From Lama guanicoe (lineage: Eukaryota): a stretch of DNA of 64,000 nucleotides. Positions within the stretch are counted from its first letter, which is position 1. Each line of letters starts with the position of its first letter. The translations under genes were made by a program, and so were the position numbers. The DNA lies in assembly GCA_013239625.1 (NCBI GenBank), contig MU056550.1, positions 310,001 to 374,000 on the forward strand, given 5' to 3'. Below are positions 36,305 through 47,700 of this stretch, in pieces. The notes beneath the pieces are model-generated. The model was given only the letters and a program-made list of their open reading frames with translations, did not search any database and was not told the DNA's origin.

Positions 36305-36461
36305 TAAGTCTCATCCTTGGTTACATAGTACAATCACCTGGGAGGCTTTAAAAATTGTACCCAGACTGATGAAATCAGAAACTCTGAGTGGGACGGGGCA
36401 TCAGTGCTTCTTAGATATTCCCCTGGTGAGTCTAACGTGAAGCCAAGGATGAGATCCCTGA
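36305..36461. mobile_element. MER5A hAT-Charlie MITE
   Basis: aatcacctgggaggctttaaaaa..aaatcagaaactctg..ccctggtgagtctaacgtgaagcca. Confidence 0.8.
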
Positions 36462-36857
36462 GTTAGATGGAAACACTCTTTGTCATGCTGGCCACGTCGG
36501 CCAGTGAAGTTCCTCACCTGTTGTGTGGGTCTCAAATTCATATCGAATGGACTTATAACCAGAACCACCAGGTATCTGGGAGTAATCCAGTGGAAGAAAA
36601 AGAAGAAGGCAAATAAAATCATGATAAATATATAATGCCACCACCACTCCTACCACCATCTTTAGAGGTGCCTCTAAAGGAGTAGGTGTCTTTTGTTAAT
36701 CTGCAAAGACTTTTATCTACACTGAGGAACTGGGCTTCCTCCGTCCCATGCAGTTCCGTCAATCCCAGTGCTTCCTGTACAACTCTGCCCATCGGGATTG
36801 GTCCAGAGGGAGGGCACGTGACTCATACAGGACCAATCAGATTTCTCCCATATGGAA

Positions 36858-37039
36858 TTGGTGGATAAGATACAGGATGCCCAGTGAACTTTGAATTTCA
36901 GATGAAAAACGAATAATTCTTCTAGCAAAAGTATGTCACAAATAGTGCACGGGGCATATTTATACTAGAAAACTGCTTATTGTTTATCTGAAATTCAATT
37001 CATTGGGCATTCTGTACTAAAAAAAATGTCTGGCATCCT
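36858..37039. mobile_element. MER53 palindromic hAT MITE
   Basis: tacaggatgcccagtgaactttgaatttcagat..atctgaaattcaattcattgggcattctgta; the arms are self-complementary. Confidence 0.85.
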
Positions 37040-37329
37040 CACTCCCATGCAGTTTGCTCTGTGAGTGCTGGGGTGGTAGGGTCTTCCTTAGTTTGAGTTT
37101 AAATGTGACTCCCAGACCACCTTCTGTAATTGATCTCCACATTTTTCTCTGTGATACTTATTTCCTTCTTAGCGCTCACTACACTGTGTGGTTCTTTTAT
37201 GTACCTTTTTTTGTGTATAGGTTTAATCTCTCTGTTGGGGCCCCTGATATAACAGGAGCTCTGCCAGGCAAAGGTCCTGTCCCCACAGACCCCCACTGCC
37301 CATCAACATTTATTTATGAGGATTTTTAT

Positions 37330-37925
37330 GTCCTCATTTGAGATTAAGTTTCTCCAGAGAGAATTTCTATTTGTCTTTGCAGTGCCTGGGAGCACTCCCT
37401 GAGGTTTTGGGGACCTTAGAGGGAGTGTAATTTTGGATCTCAACATTGTGAAAGAGGTAGCTTGTATTTATAAGAAATTTTTCCCATATCAACCAATGCC
37501 AGGGTCAAGATGAGTTTCTCTGCTGTCTCTTTGTGAAGATGCTGTTTTATTTCTTATTCACTTTCTGAGTGTGTAGTCCTTTGGGATCTCAGCTTGAAGT
37601 AGGGATTCCACATCAGAACTCCTGCCTTGGGCTGAGGTTAGGTTTTATCTCTGGTCCCCTCAACCTCCCATCGTCTTCAGTGAAGGACTTTGGTCTCCAG
37701 GGTTTTGCAGAAACCTTCAGGGAGAAAGTCGACTTTAGCACTCATTTTCTTTCCAGACTTCTTATTTCTCTTTGTTTCAGGGCTTTGCAGATTTCTTACT
37801 TTTGTGCCAGCTCAGTAATGCATTTAAATAGATTTAAAAGAAATTTTATCCAATCATTTAGTAGTTTCCCTCGGGAGGGTCTCCTTCAGGGAAATCAGAT
37901 CGCTACTGCTGTTGGAAATAAGCCA
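37330..37925 (-). mobile_element. Old L1M 5' region remnant
   Basis: tgtctttgcagtgcctgggagcact..ccagctcagtaatgcatttaaa..ttttatcc..gggagggt. Confidence 0.5.
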
Positions 37926-38759
37926 TCAGGTTATTCTTCAGAAATTCAAGTTAATTTCTGATTAAAACCACCATCGACTCTGTCAGTTTGAGTTTCCCTT
38001 TTACTTTCCCCCTTGGGTGAGTGGGAGACTCTGTAGAACCATCGCATGAATGTGGGGCTGGGCGTACCTGTTCCTAATCTTCTGTCTCCACATGGACACA
38101 GGTGGACATGATCCACTGGAATGACCTCTGAGCCATCCCTCAGGCCACAAGACGATTTCAAATCTGGTGACATTCATAGGTAATTTTGTATCTCTCTTAG
38201 GGGCTACACCAACACCCCGCCAGGGCCTGGGGTACAGAGAAGCACTCACTCCCGAGGGCGGGGGTGGCGGGGCGCATGAGTACAGTCTGGGGGTCCTCGT
38301 CTAGTGGCTCTGATACAGGGCCCAGCCCTGACCATTTGCCTTCCAGGGGACAGCGTGGGTGGGAACAGTCTTGGCTGCGGGCCTGCAGCTGAGCTGAGAC
38401 CGACTTTGAGGAGTTCAAAGCTTGACTTGAGGGCCCAGGAACCTGGCAAGTGAGCAAGTCTAGGGGTCAGAGAGCCCAGCCCGTGGCCTGGGGTAAAAGG
38501 GAGGGGGCTGTTCCAAAGATCAGGTGTTGCTGGCTCAGGAAAGTGAGTCCGGAGCTGGCAGTGATTGAAGATGTCCGTGGGCTGGGGGAGGGGCCTCCTT
38601 CTGCTGATCTCCAGGTATCTTGGGGGTTGGAACCAGGATTCAAATTTCAGGTGGCCTCCTTCTCCCCTAGTCCTCCCTCCCCTTCTCTCCCCTTCCCTGT
38701 GTCCTCTCCTTGCCACTTTCCTTTATCTTAAAGCATCTATTAAATTTTTACGTACTTAA

Positions 38760-39300
38760 AAAACAATCATTTTTCTTTTCTTTATAAAAGTAGTATATGT
38801 TCACTATAGAAAGCTTAGAAAATGTAGCAAAGTACAAGGAGGGAATTAATCTTCACCCCCAATCCCATCTACTATTTGCATCTATTATTTATATTTTGCT
38901 GTATATGTTTGTACGTTCATCACATATAAATAATACACACATAATTTAATAATTTATATTATAAAATTGGACGATATTCTTTGGCATTACTTGATAGGCT
39001 GCTTTCATTCCCCACTTAATTGATTTATTGTGAAAATTTTTATTGCTCCAAGCATTCCTTGAAAAGATTATTTGAAATGGGCCATACATTCCACTGTGTA
39101 GGTGGAATATCAGGTAATAATCGAGTAGTATCCATGTAGATGTTTTCGAGCTTTTCAACTTTGTAAATAATTCCCTGATGGACCCCCTTGTGCATAAATT
39201 TTCATATGTATCTCTGATTTTTTTTCCCTGTGCATACATTGCTGTAAGTGGAGTTGCGGGTTAATTTTTTTGAGGCTTTCAGTAATCCTAGAGAATTGTT
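38760..39300 (-). mobile_element. L1ME 3' fragments
   Basis: tatatgttcactatagaaa..tgtaaataattccctgatggaccccct..gtaagtggagttgcgggt. Confidence 0.6.
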
Positions 39301-40063
39301 CTACAATAATGTGATAAATATATGTACATATGTCACATAAAGTGCCAAAGAATAGCGTCTTCTGCTAAAATCATGCACTAAAAAGGACATGACTTATGGG
39401 AAAGCCATGTCAGATCACTCAACATTTATGCTATGTTGTCACCGCAACGCTAATAAAAAAATAGCAATGCTAATAAAATTGCTATTTAAAAATTAATTAC
39501 ATTTCTAATAAATAGGGCAACAACGATGTTACCTTGAAAAGTTGCTGGCTGGAAAGGGGTGTAAGGAAGGATGGGAGATGTGAGGCTGAATGTTGGAGAC
39601 AAAATGCTTAAAGATGCAGCATCACCCCGTGGTAAGCTCTTTCAAGGCAGAGTGAGCAGGCAGACCCAGCCGGGAGGAAGAGCGTGGGTGAGCGGGCTGC
39701 TCGAACCGCACCCCGCGAGGGCGGCCGGAGCTCAGCTGTTAGAGTGTCCTTTGGATTCAGCGGCTGGTTCTTGGTGGCTTAAAATATAACCTCCTAGTGG
39801 AAACTGCATATGAACAAATGCAACCTCTGACTCCTATGGGCATCCTTACCTTTTCTGCCAATCGCATCTGACCTCATTCTCATTACATAAGCACATGCAG
39901 CAGCAAAACAGGCTGGCTTGCAAAACTGCAGTCCAGAAAGTCTGTACAACGTACATCCGCTGTGAGTGTCTAAAAGTCCTTTGTCAGAGCCCACCCAACA
40001 CTGAGAATTTAGGCCTTTTTACATTTTGCCAATTTGATAGATGAAACACAGGATCTCATTTAT

Positions 40064-40207
40064 TTTGTTTTGTTTTTAAACTTTAATTTATTTATTTTGT
40101 TTGTTTGTTTGTTTGTTTTTTGGTTAGTGGGGGTACTGGGGATTGAACCCAGGACCTCGTGCATGCTAAGCATGTACTCTACCACTGAGCTATCCCCTCC
40201 CCCCCCC
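40064..40207 (-). mobile_element. tRNA-Ala-derived SINE (vic-1-like)
   Basis: Head reads GGATAGCTCAGTGGTAGAG..GCTTAGCATGCACGAGGTCCTGGGTTCAATCCCCAGTAC on the minus strand, followed by an A-rich (AAAC)n tail. Confidence 0.9.
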
Positions 40208-40363
40208 GATTTATATATTTTACATACTTAAATATCTCAGAGTGCAATCTCTCCTTACTCTTATTTTCACCCAGGGTTTTCTTAGCTGAAATTTTCATTG
40301 CTTCCTTCTTCCAGATAAGCTTAAGTTTATCCACTGGGAATTTTTATTAGGGGTGTGTTAAAC

Positions 40364-40548
40364 CAGGAGTTGGCATATTTTTTTTAATGGGTCACATACT
40401 AAATATTTCAGGTTATTTCCTCCTCCTCTTTGTATTTTTAAAGTAATTTTTAAAAACAAATGTAAAATATAAAAACCACAATTGAAGGGCTGTAGAAAAC
40501 TAGACCGTAGGCTGGATTCAGCCTGCAAGCTATAGTTTGCTGATACCT
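40364..40548 (-). mobile_element. MER58-family hAT element
   Basis: caggagttggca..taaatatttcagg / ggctggattcagcc..tatagtttgctga. Confidence 0.75.
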
Positions 40549-40560
40549 AATTTAAACCAG

Positions 40561-41021
40561 TTGTCAGTTTGTTAGGGCTCCTGTAACAAAGCCCCATGAA
40601 CTTAGTGGATTAAAGCAACAGAAATGTATTGTCCTACAGTTCTAGATGTTAGACAGCTGAAATTAGTGTGTCGGCAGGCCCATGCTCCCTCTAAAACCTG
40701 CAAGGGAATCTTTCTTTGCCTCTTCCTGGCTTCTGATGGTTTGCTGGCAATCTTTGGTGCTCCTTATCTTGTGACTGCATGACTCCAATCTCTGCCTCTC
40801 TTATCACATTGCATCCTTCCTGTGTGTCTCTGTCATCTTATGGCCATCTTCTTATAAGGACACCAATCTTATTGCATTAGGGGCCCACATTACTCCACAT
40901 GATCTCATTTTAACTAATTATATCTTTAGCATCCCTATTTCCAAATAAGGTCATATTCTCAGATTCTGGGCTTAGGACTTCACCATATCTTTTTAGGAAG
41001 GCTACAATTCAACCCATAACA
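40561..41021 (-). mobile_element. MaLR LTR (MLT1C-like), full length
   Basis: ctgtaacaaa..aacagaaatgtatt..cttcttataaggacacca..ccctatttccaaataaggtca..acaattcaacccataac. Confidence 0.9.
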
Positions 41022-41069
41022 CCAATAAATAAATTTGAGATGAGTACAAATTGAATAGACTAGAAACAG

Positions 41070-41495
41070 AAATCTTTTCAATGTCAAATATTTTCATCTG
41101 ACAACACTATATATGTGTTATGTATTAGTTAATTTTGTGACATCAAACCATCCTTGCAAACCTGGTTAATTCCTATTTATTCATCAATGTGACTTTAAAT
41201 TTTCTTGCTACTATTCACGTCAGATTTTATATCTACCTTCTTAAGCAAGCTAGGTCTTCAATTTTCTTTCTTCTTATGCTTATGTTAAGTGTTATCAAAA
41301 CCATGCTCCCTCCATAGAATGAATAACTTAATTTTCTATGTTTGTCTACATTGTGGGAGCAGTTGATATAGCATGGGAATGAATGCTTCTTGGAACATCT
41401 CAAAGAATTCACCAGTAAAACCACTAGGTCCTGTGGCCTTTTTAGGGTACATAATTTCTTGACAAGGCCACATTTCCTACATGGCTACTGCTCCT
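41070..41495 (-). mobile_element. Old L1 ORF2 fragments
   Basis: accatccttgc..cctcccatagaatgaa..aagaattcaccagtaaaacca. Confidence 0.6.
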
Positions 41496-43449
41496 TCTCT
41501 CAAAGTAGACAGATTGATATATGAATCATTAGAACACCAGACCAGAGCTCTTAAAATGCCCCCCTGCTCCTGGATACACAAAAGGTTCCACACGTACCTC
41601 TGACTCTGAGCTCAGTGAAAGGACTTGAGACGGAGCTGATGGGCTCTGACATGGGCCATTCCCCAGGCAGAATGAGCTTGCTGATGCCAGGTATCAGGAG
41701 TTCACTTGCAAGTGCACTGGGCTGGCTGTTGCTGACCTGGATACGTCTGTGTACGCTGGAGGAGGTGTGCAGTGATCGGAGGGAGCACACATGGGAAACT
41801 GAGTGTGTCATACTCTACCTATGGATAGTACCTCTGGCAAACACCGAGGCAGCAATGTGGGGCCAAGGGCTACTGATGCTAGCTGCCCTCTTAGCCTTCA
41901 CAAGAACCTGCCGACTCAGGTGGCCATCTTTCCAGTCCAGCCTAGCACACCAAGGGGTCACCTGTCACAACACCACTCCTCACCATATTTCTGTGCCCCC
42001 CTACAAGGCATGGAGCACAGCTGCTCCCACTGGGTACCCACAGGCAGTACCATGTGAAACAGTCCATTAGGGTATCAGATTTCTGACCACTCTTGGAGCT
42101 GCTGCAATCCAATATGTTTCCCCATATGTTTGAACCTTTCTACAATTCTTCCATCTGTTTCTGGGAAATGTGAAGGAATTTAATGATCTTTTCTGGGGTT
42201 ATTAAACCGACAGCTGTTGTCATTAATAGAGGACATTCTTTACTGTGGCGAACAAACGCTAGTCATAACTTGCAGCCTGTCGTATGTGCTTCCATTAATG
42301 ACTAGAGCGTTTGTCTCAAGACTAGGGTTATGAACATGGAGGGGGTTCCGAAGCCAGCTTTGAAGATGATTCATCTTCCGAGTGTGAACGCCCTCACTTC
42401 TTTTTTGTCCTCTCGGCAGCTTTTGAGGCAAAATGTATAATTGGCAAAAAAACAAAATCCAATCCACCGCCAGCCGTTGGCTTTCTTTGAAAATGAAGGA
42501 GCTTGAGTGCTAAAAAGGAAAGATTACATTTTACTGTGTGTTTCAAATTATGGTTCATTTTCTAGTAGAAAGTTAGAGGCAGAGAGAAACCAACTTTTAT
42601 GGTTTGAATTGAAGGTTATCTGCACTGTCAGAGATTGGGGCCTGGGAGGCAGGGCTGGGCACACACAAAAAAACCAACAGGGAAGAGAAGGTAGCCAGTG
42701 AGGCCCTGACCTGGCCTCCACCTGCCCCTTGGGCAGAGTGGTTTCCACTGGCTCACAGCCTTAAGGATTGATCTTTGGGGTTCAGATGACCTCACGGGCC
42801 TAGTAGCAGAAGGATGGGGGTGGTTTCTTATCTTACCAGAAGAGATTCTAAGATGCAAGAGCATCTTGATAGCTGGAGCGATGGAATATGGGGAAAGCTA
42901 GGCTTGGCCATTCTGGTAGCCATCTACAAGTCTGCCGGGCTCTCCAGGTGGGGTCCTGGCAGAGCTGGGGCAGATAAAACCATGTTTAACCCCCATTCCT
43001 GTGAAGCTGGGGTGTGAATGGCTAATGATCAGAGAAGAAATGAAGAGGGCCACCTCTACAAACTTGGTGGCACTTGACAGTGGACCCGGGTCCCAGGAAC
43101 TCCTTCCTACCTCCCCCTTTCCCACCCTCCACCATCAAGACCCATCAAGAGCTTGTGGGTGGAGGTGAGGGCTTGGCAGGTAGCTCTGGATCTTGGATTC
43201 AGTCAATGAGGAGGATCTGTGGTCTGTGATGGGGACCTGATAGATCGGGGGAGTGAAACTGCTTTAGTGACTGTTGTCTGGAGGTCCCGCTGGCTCAGGG
43301 AATGAGGAGCCAAAACACAGAGCAGGAAGCTGAGCATTACCAGAAACTGGGACTCAGAGAGCAGAAAGGTGGAGAAGGGAGGGGACAGCTACCATGGTAG
43401 GGTCATGGCTGTTCTCTTTCTCTAGTGATGGACGGTTTCCTCTGAAACC

Positions 43450-43900
43450 TCATTGATCCACCCATTCAAAACCACGAATGGAGTACTTCTATGTCCTGAC
43501 ATTTTGCTAGACCCTGGGAATATGAGGGGCCTTAGGCCCTGCCCCCAAGGAGCCTACAGTCTGGTGGGGAGACAGACATTCAGGCCACCATTGTACAGTG
43601 GCTGCTGAGTAGAACACGCTGGGCACTCTGGGTGATGGAGGAGGGGCACTGATTCCTGTCTTGGCATGGATCAGGGAGGGCTTCCTGGAGGAGGCAATAT
43701 CTCAAACTGGGTGTGACAGGACAGGCATAATTCAGCCAGTTCACAGTAGGCAGGGAAGGTTTTGGCAGAAAGGGCAGCGGCACAAACTCCCCACAGTGAG
43801 CTAGAGACTGGAGCTGCGATGTCAGGTGTGAGTTGGGAGCAGCCAGAGATGGCCCTGAAGAGGAAGGTGCGGGAAGTAAATTCATGGCTGGGTTTTGTGG
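43450..43900 (-). mobile_element. L2 3' region
   Basis: ccctgcccccaaggagcctacagtctggtggggagacagaca..tcagggagggcttcctggaggagg. Confidence 0.85.
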
Positions 43901-45324
43901 CTCAACATCACTGACTTCCTGGGCTTGCAGCTTACGACTGTGTTTATCATTTGCTGTGATTTTCCTGTTGGCTTTACACTTTGCCCTATATGCCAATTAG
44001 AATATAAAATCTAGCAAAGTGCAAAATAAATGGGATGAGGGTGAGTATTTGCTTATAAACTGGCTGCTCTTGCTTAGAGCTTTACTAACGTCACAGTGTC
44101 TCAATACCTTCTGGGGAAAAAAGAAAGAAAAAAAAACAATCTGGAAAAAAGAAAGAAAAAAGAACAATCTCTCGGCACAGCTGCATTTATTACCAGCACA
44201 CACCCTCCAAGAGCAATCATTTAGGGGTGGCTTCTCTGCACGAAGGGGTCTGTCCTGTGATATTTCATGTCTCATCTTTTCTCTGAATGATGGACATGAT
44301 GGTGGCCCAAACTATTTCTCTCTCATGAGTTTCCAGATGACTTTTTCCAAGCCTTTGTAACTGGCCAGAGGCTGGGGCCTGGATGTTTCTGGTTTGAAGA
44401 TTCAGAGAGCAACCTTCCCTGCCCTCCCAACCCACTACCTGCCCCTTCACAATCTCTGAATTGTACAAGGGGGCAGAGATGCCTTCTGAGAAATTCCCCA
44501 ACTCCAGATTTCCCATGAAGAAATCAGCTGGGGTTGGGAGGGATTTAGAGACGTCAAATCAAATATTTCTCAACTCCAAACAATGCTTGGATCCCTTTTG
44601 AAAATAAAAATAATTTCAAAGAACTCTCCCCCACTTTTGTTGATTCAAGTAATTTCTATTATAATGTTACTTAAATATGTACCAACATGAAGGCTGGAGC
44701 AAAATCCTTCTGCTTATGGCTCTCAAATGACTATAACAGCAAAACAAATGGACAAATTATAGAATAGCAAACTACAAAATCAATAAAATTCAAATTAACA
44801 ACATTAATTTAATGGAATGTCGTTTGATCAAACCTAAATCACCACGGTCCCCGTGAGCAGGGGCCTGAGCGGGGGGTGCGGGAGCTGTTCTCCGCTCTCC
44901 TCGGTTACAACTCCGTGGAAAGGATGTCTTTGGCCTTGCCTTGGCCTAAATGCATCATCCTCAGTGCACGCACATCTCTGTCCTTTTCTTCTTAGCCTGC
45001 CATGATTAACAAAAATAAAATTGAACGTGGTCCGGGAGGCCCCCAGGCGCATCCCTCTGCTTGTCCAGCCCTCCCCCCGGCTGAGTCTCTGTTGCACATT
45101 TTACCCCTGGACCACCTCTCTTGACTTTCCTGGCCCTTAGCTGTCCCTGCTGCCTTGGTCCACACATTCATCTGTTCTGTTCAGGGTCTGCGTTTCTGTG
45201 ACCTGGATTTTAGCTGTGATTGAAGGGACTGTGTCCTGCTCCAGCTTTCTCATTGAATCCACGGAACTGTGATGTGGTTCCCTCCTGTTTATCACAGAGA
45301 ACACGCTCTGCTGGAGCAACAGCA

Positions 45325-45327
<3 letters not shown>

Positions 45328-45363
<36 letters not shown>
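45328..45363. repeat. (GT)18 microsatellite
   Basis: Perfect GT run. Confidence 0.95.
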
Positions 45364-45365
<2 letters not shown>

Positions 45366-47329
45366 GGGAATGTGTGCTGTTTAATCACGCCCTGCCCACT
45401 GCGGTTGGTGGTGCCTCCGGACTGCCTATATGGGAAGGCTTTAGGAATGGCAGTCTGGTGGGAAGAGAGCATTGAGACTCGTCTTATGGCTTTCTTTGCA
45501 GAACAGACACACTTTAAAAAAATTAGTATATAATTGAGAGAAATAAAAATCATCTTCCAAATGTTTTTATTCATACTTGGCATAAAATTGAGAAAATAGC
45601 AGTGGTCCATCTCAAAAAATATGAAAATGACTATTATGGTTTATATGTGGGGTGGATGGGAGCGCTGATGGTGGTCAGGGGCAGCGATCAACCCCCCCAA
45701 GATGCCTTCTTGATTCTGCCACTGTGTTGGGTGGGTCACGTGTACCCCGAAACTCGTGGGCGCCCTGAAATGGGCTGCTTAGGAAGCTGAGCTGTTCCCC
45801 AGCACACAGTCTTGTTTCCACACTGTTTCCTATAAAGCTTTTTTCATTACACTCTGAACAATTGCTCCATCAACATATTACCTTTGAAATGTTGGTTTAA
45901 GATTCAGTGACTGCTTCCCCTAAAAAGCATCCTCCTGTTCAGCTCCACTGGTGCCCCACTTTCTAGGGTGGGGGTGAAGAATCAGAGACACTGGGCTTCC
46001 AAGGAGGGGACAGATTCTGGTACATGTCCACGTGTAATGGGCCAGGACAGAAGCCAGCCACCAGCTGGTGCAGCTCGTGGGTCAGACTGCCCTTGGGTCT
46101 GACCACCCTAATGACCACAAGGTTCTGGTGCCATTGAACCTGGAGGCAGACAGGATGTCTGCAGAGAGCAGACACGGTGAAGCAAAGCTCCCTGGTGAAG
46201 GCCACTGAATTCATAGCTCTCCTCTTTGTGATGGGGCCAGACTTCACAGCTCAAATCAGACCCAGGATATTCCGTTAAAAAGAGAAACAATGATATTGAT
46301 TGCCCATGTTTTTTAATAAATAAAATCCAATAGTATACCTTGTTCATTTAGTGCAGAAAGGAAAAAAAATCCCCATTGTAAATACAGTTTACAGGAGACA
46401 GAGGAAGAAATTATATTGTAGCATGTGAAGATGCTAATTCACCATGTTTGTACTAGAAATGCCATAGCATTGCATCGGCCTAGACTGTGGAATGGCTTTC
46501 CTCCACTTACGGGACTCAACCCTTTCTGCCTTCTTGTTGAATGGAGACTTTGAATGAAGAATAGAAATATGACCAGAAGGAAATTTTGAAAAAATGTCTT
46601 ATTTAAAGCTGCAGAATAAAAACATGATTTAATAAAAGGAAACGCAAACTACAATTGTCTGTATTTAGGAGACACTCAGTGGTAGCATCTTTGCCCTGTG
46701 ATGCTTCCGGAAATACCACTTGAAGAAAATTTAAATCTTTCATTTGTTAGAAGAGGAGGAGATCAAATGTGCAGTCCTGATCAATCCCCAAATCATCTTT
46801 TTGGTTTCTGACTTTCTGGGTCATTGCGCATGACGCCGACACCACAGTAGGGGCTACACCAGCTTTTCAGAACCCAGCACTCTTCTCTCAAGGAGACAGA
46901 GTGTTTGAAATAGATCTGTGATGGAAAATACTTAAGTGTGAGGCCTCCAGCGTTCTTCCCTTTCAAGGTGACAGTAATTGAAGGATGGTGCCGTGCAATT
47001 CTGACATTTATAATTCGGCTGCGGAAAAGGTCAGCTTCCTTTTGGATGTGCATTGGAGCCAGCGGGAGAGGAGCTCTGAGATGCCACATTAAATTTTTGA
47101 TATTTTCAGGGATGCTTTGATTAACAACAGATTCAATTTGCAATATATAATTATAACCCTCCTCCCCCCACTCCACTGTTTGAAATGACAGATGCTAAAG
47201 AAATAAAGCCGTCTTTTCCCCCACAGAAGGATTTGAATGAAGGCCCAAGAGAACATGGAGGAACTGGTCTGCTGGAGAAATAAACTCTCTTCCTCCATCC
47301 GTAAAGCCTGGTACTGTTGGGGGGGGCGG

Positions 47330-47700
47330 TCTTTGAGGTCAGATCATGTGGGGCCTGGGATGCCAAGTCAGGAGGTTGGACTTTATCTGGGGGCTGTGGG
47401 AAGCCATAGATGAGTTGTAAGCAGGAGGGGATGTGGTTGTATTTGATCTTTTGAAAGTTCGCTCTGATTGCCATGGAGTGATGGATCGGGGGTGGTGTGG
47501 GAGGGGGTGAGATTGGAGGTGGGGATCTCAGTCGAGAAGGAGACTGGCTGCAGGCTTGAGTGAAGGGAGGATAGAAGGAAGGGGTTCAGAAGAGACACAC
47601 CTGGGAGCCGGAATCAACAGATCTCGGTAACGTGCTGGTATTCGGAAGAGAGTGTGCTGAGGATGACCCTGAGGGCCGTCTGGCTGACCGAATAACAGGA
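47330..47700 (-). mobile_element. L2 fragment
   Basis: cagatcatgtggggcct..ggactttatct..gggaagcca..taagcaggag. Confidence 0.8.

Noticed and set aside
39459-39487. 10-bp AT-rich hairpin AAATAGCAAT/ATTGCTATTT
   Set aside because: A weak AT-rich stem, plausible by chance in AT-rich sequence.
39660-39740. CpG-rich patch as a CpG-island promoter
   Set aside because: Only about 80 bp, far below island length, with no core promoter evidence.
44560-45120. Possible hAT/Charlie remnant
   Set aside because: The termini are suggestive, but I could not match a family with confidence.
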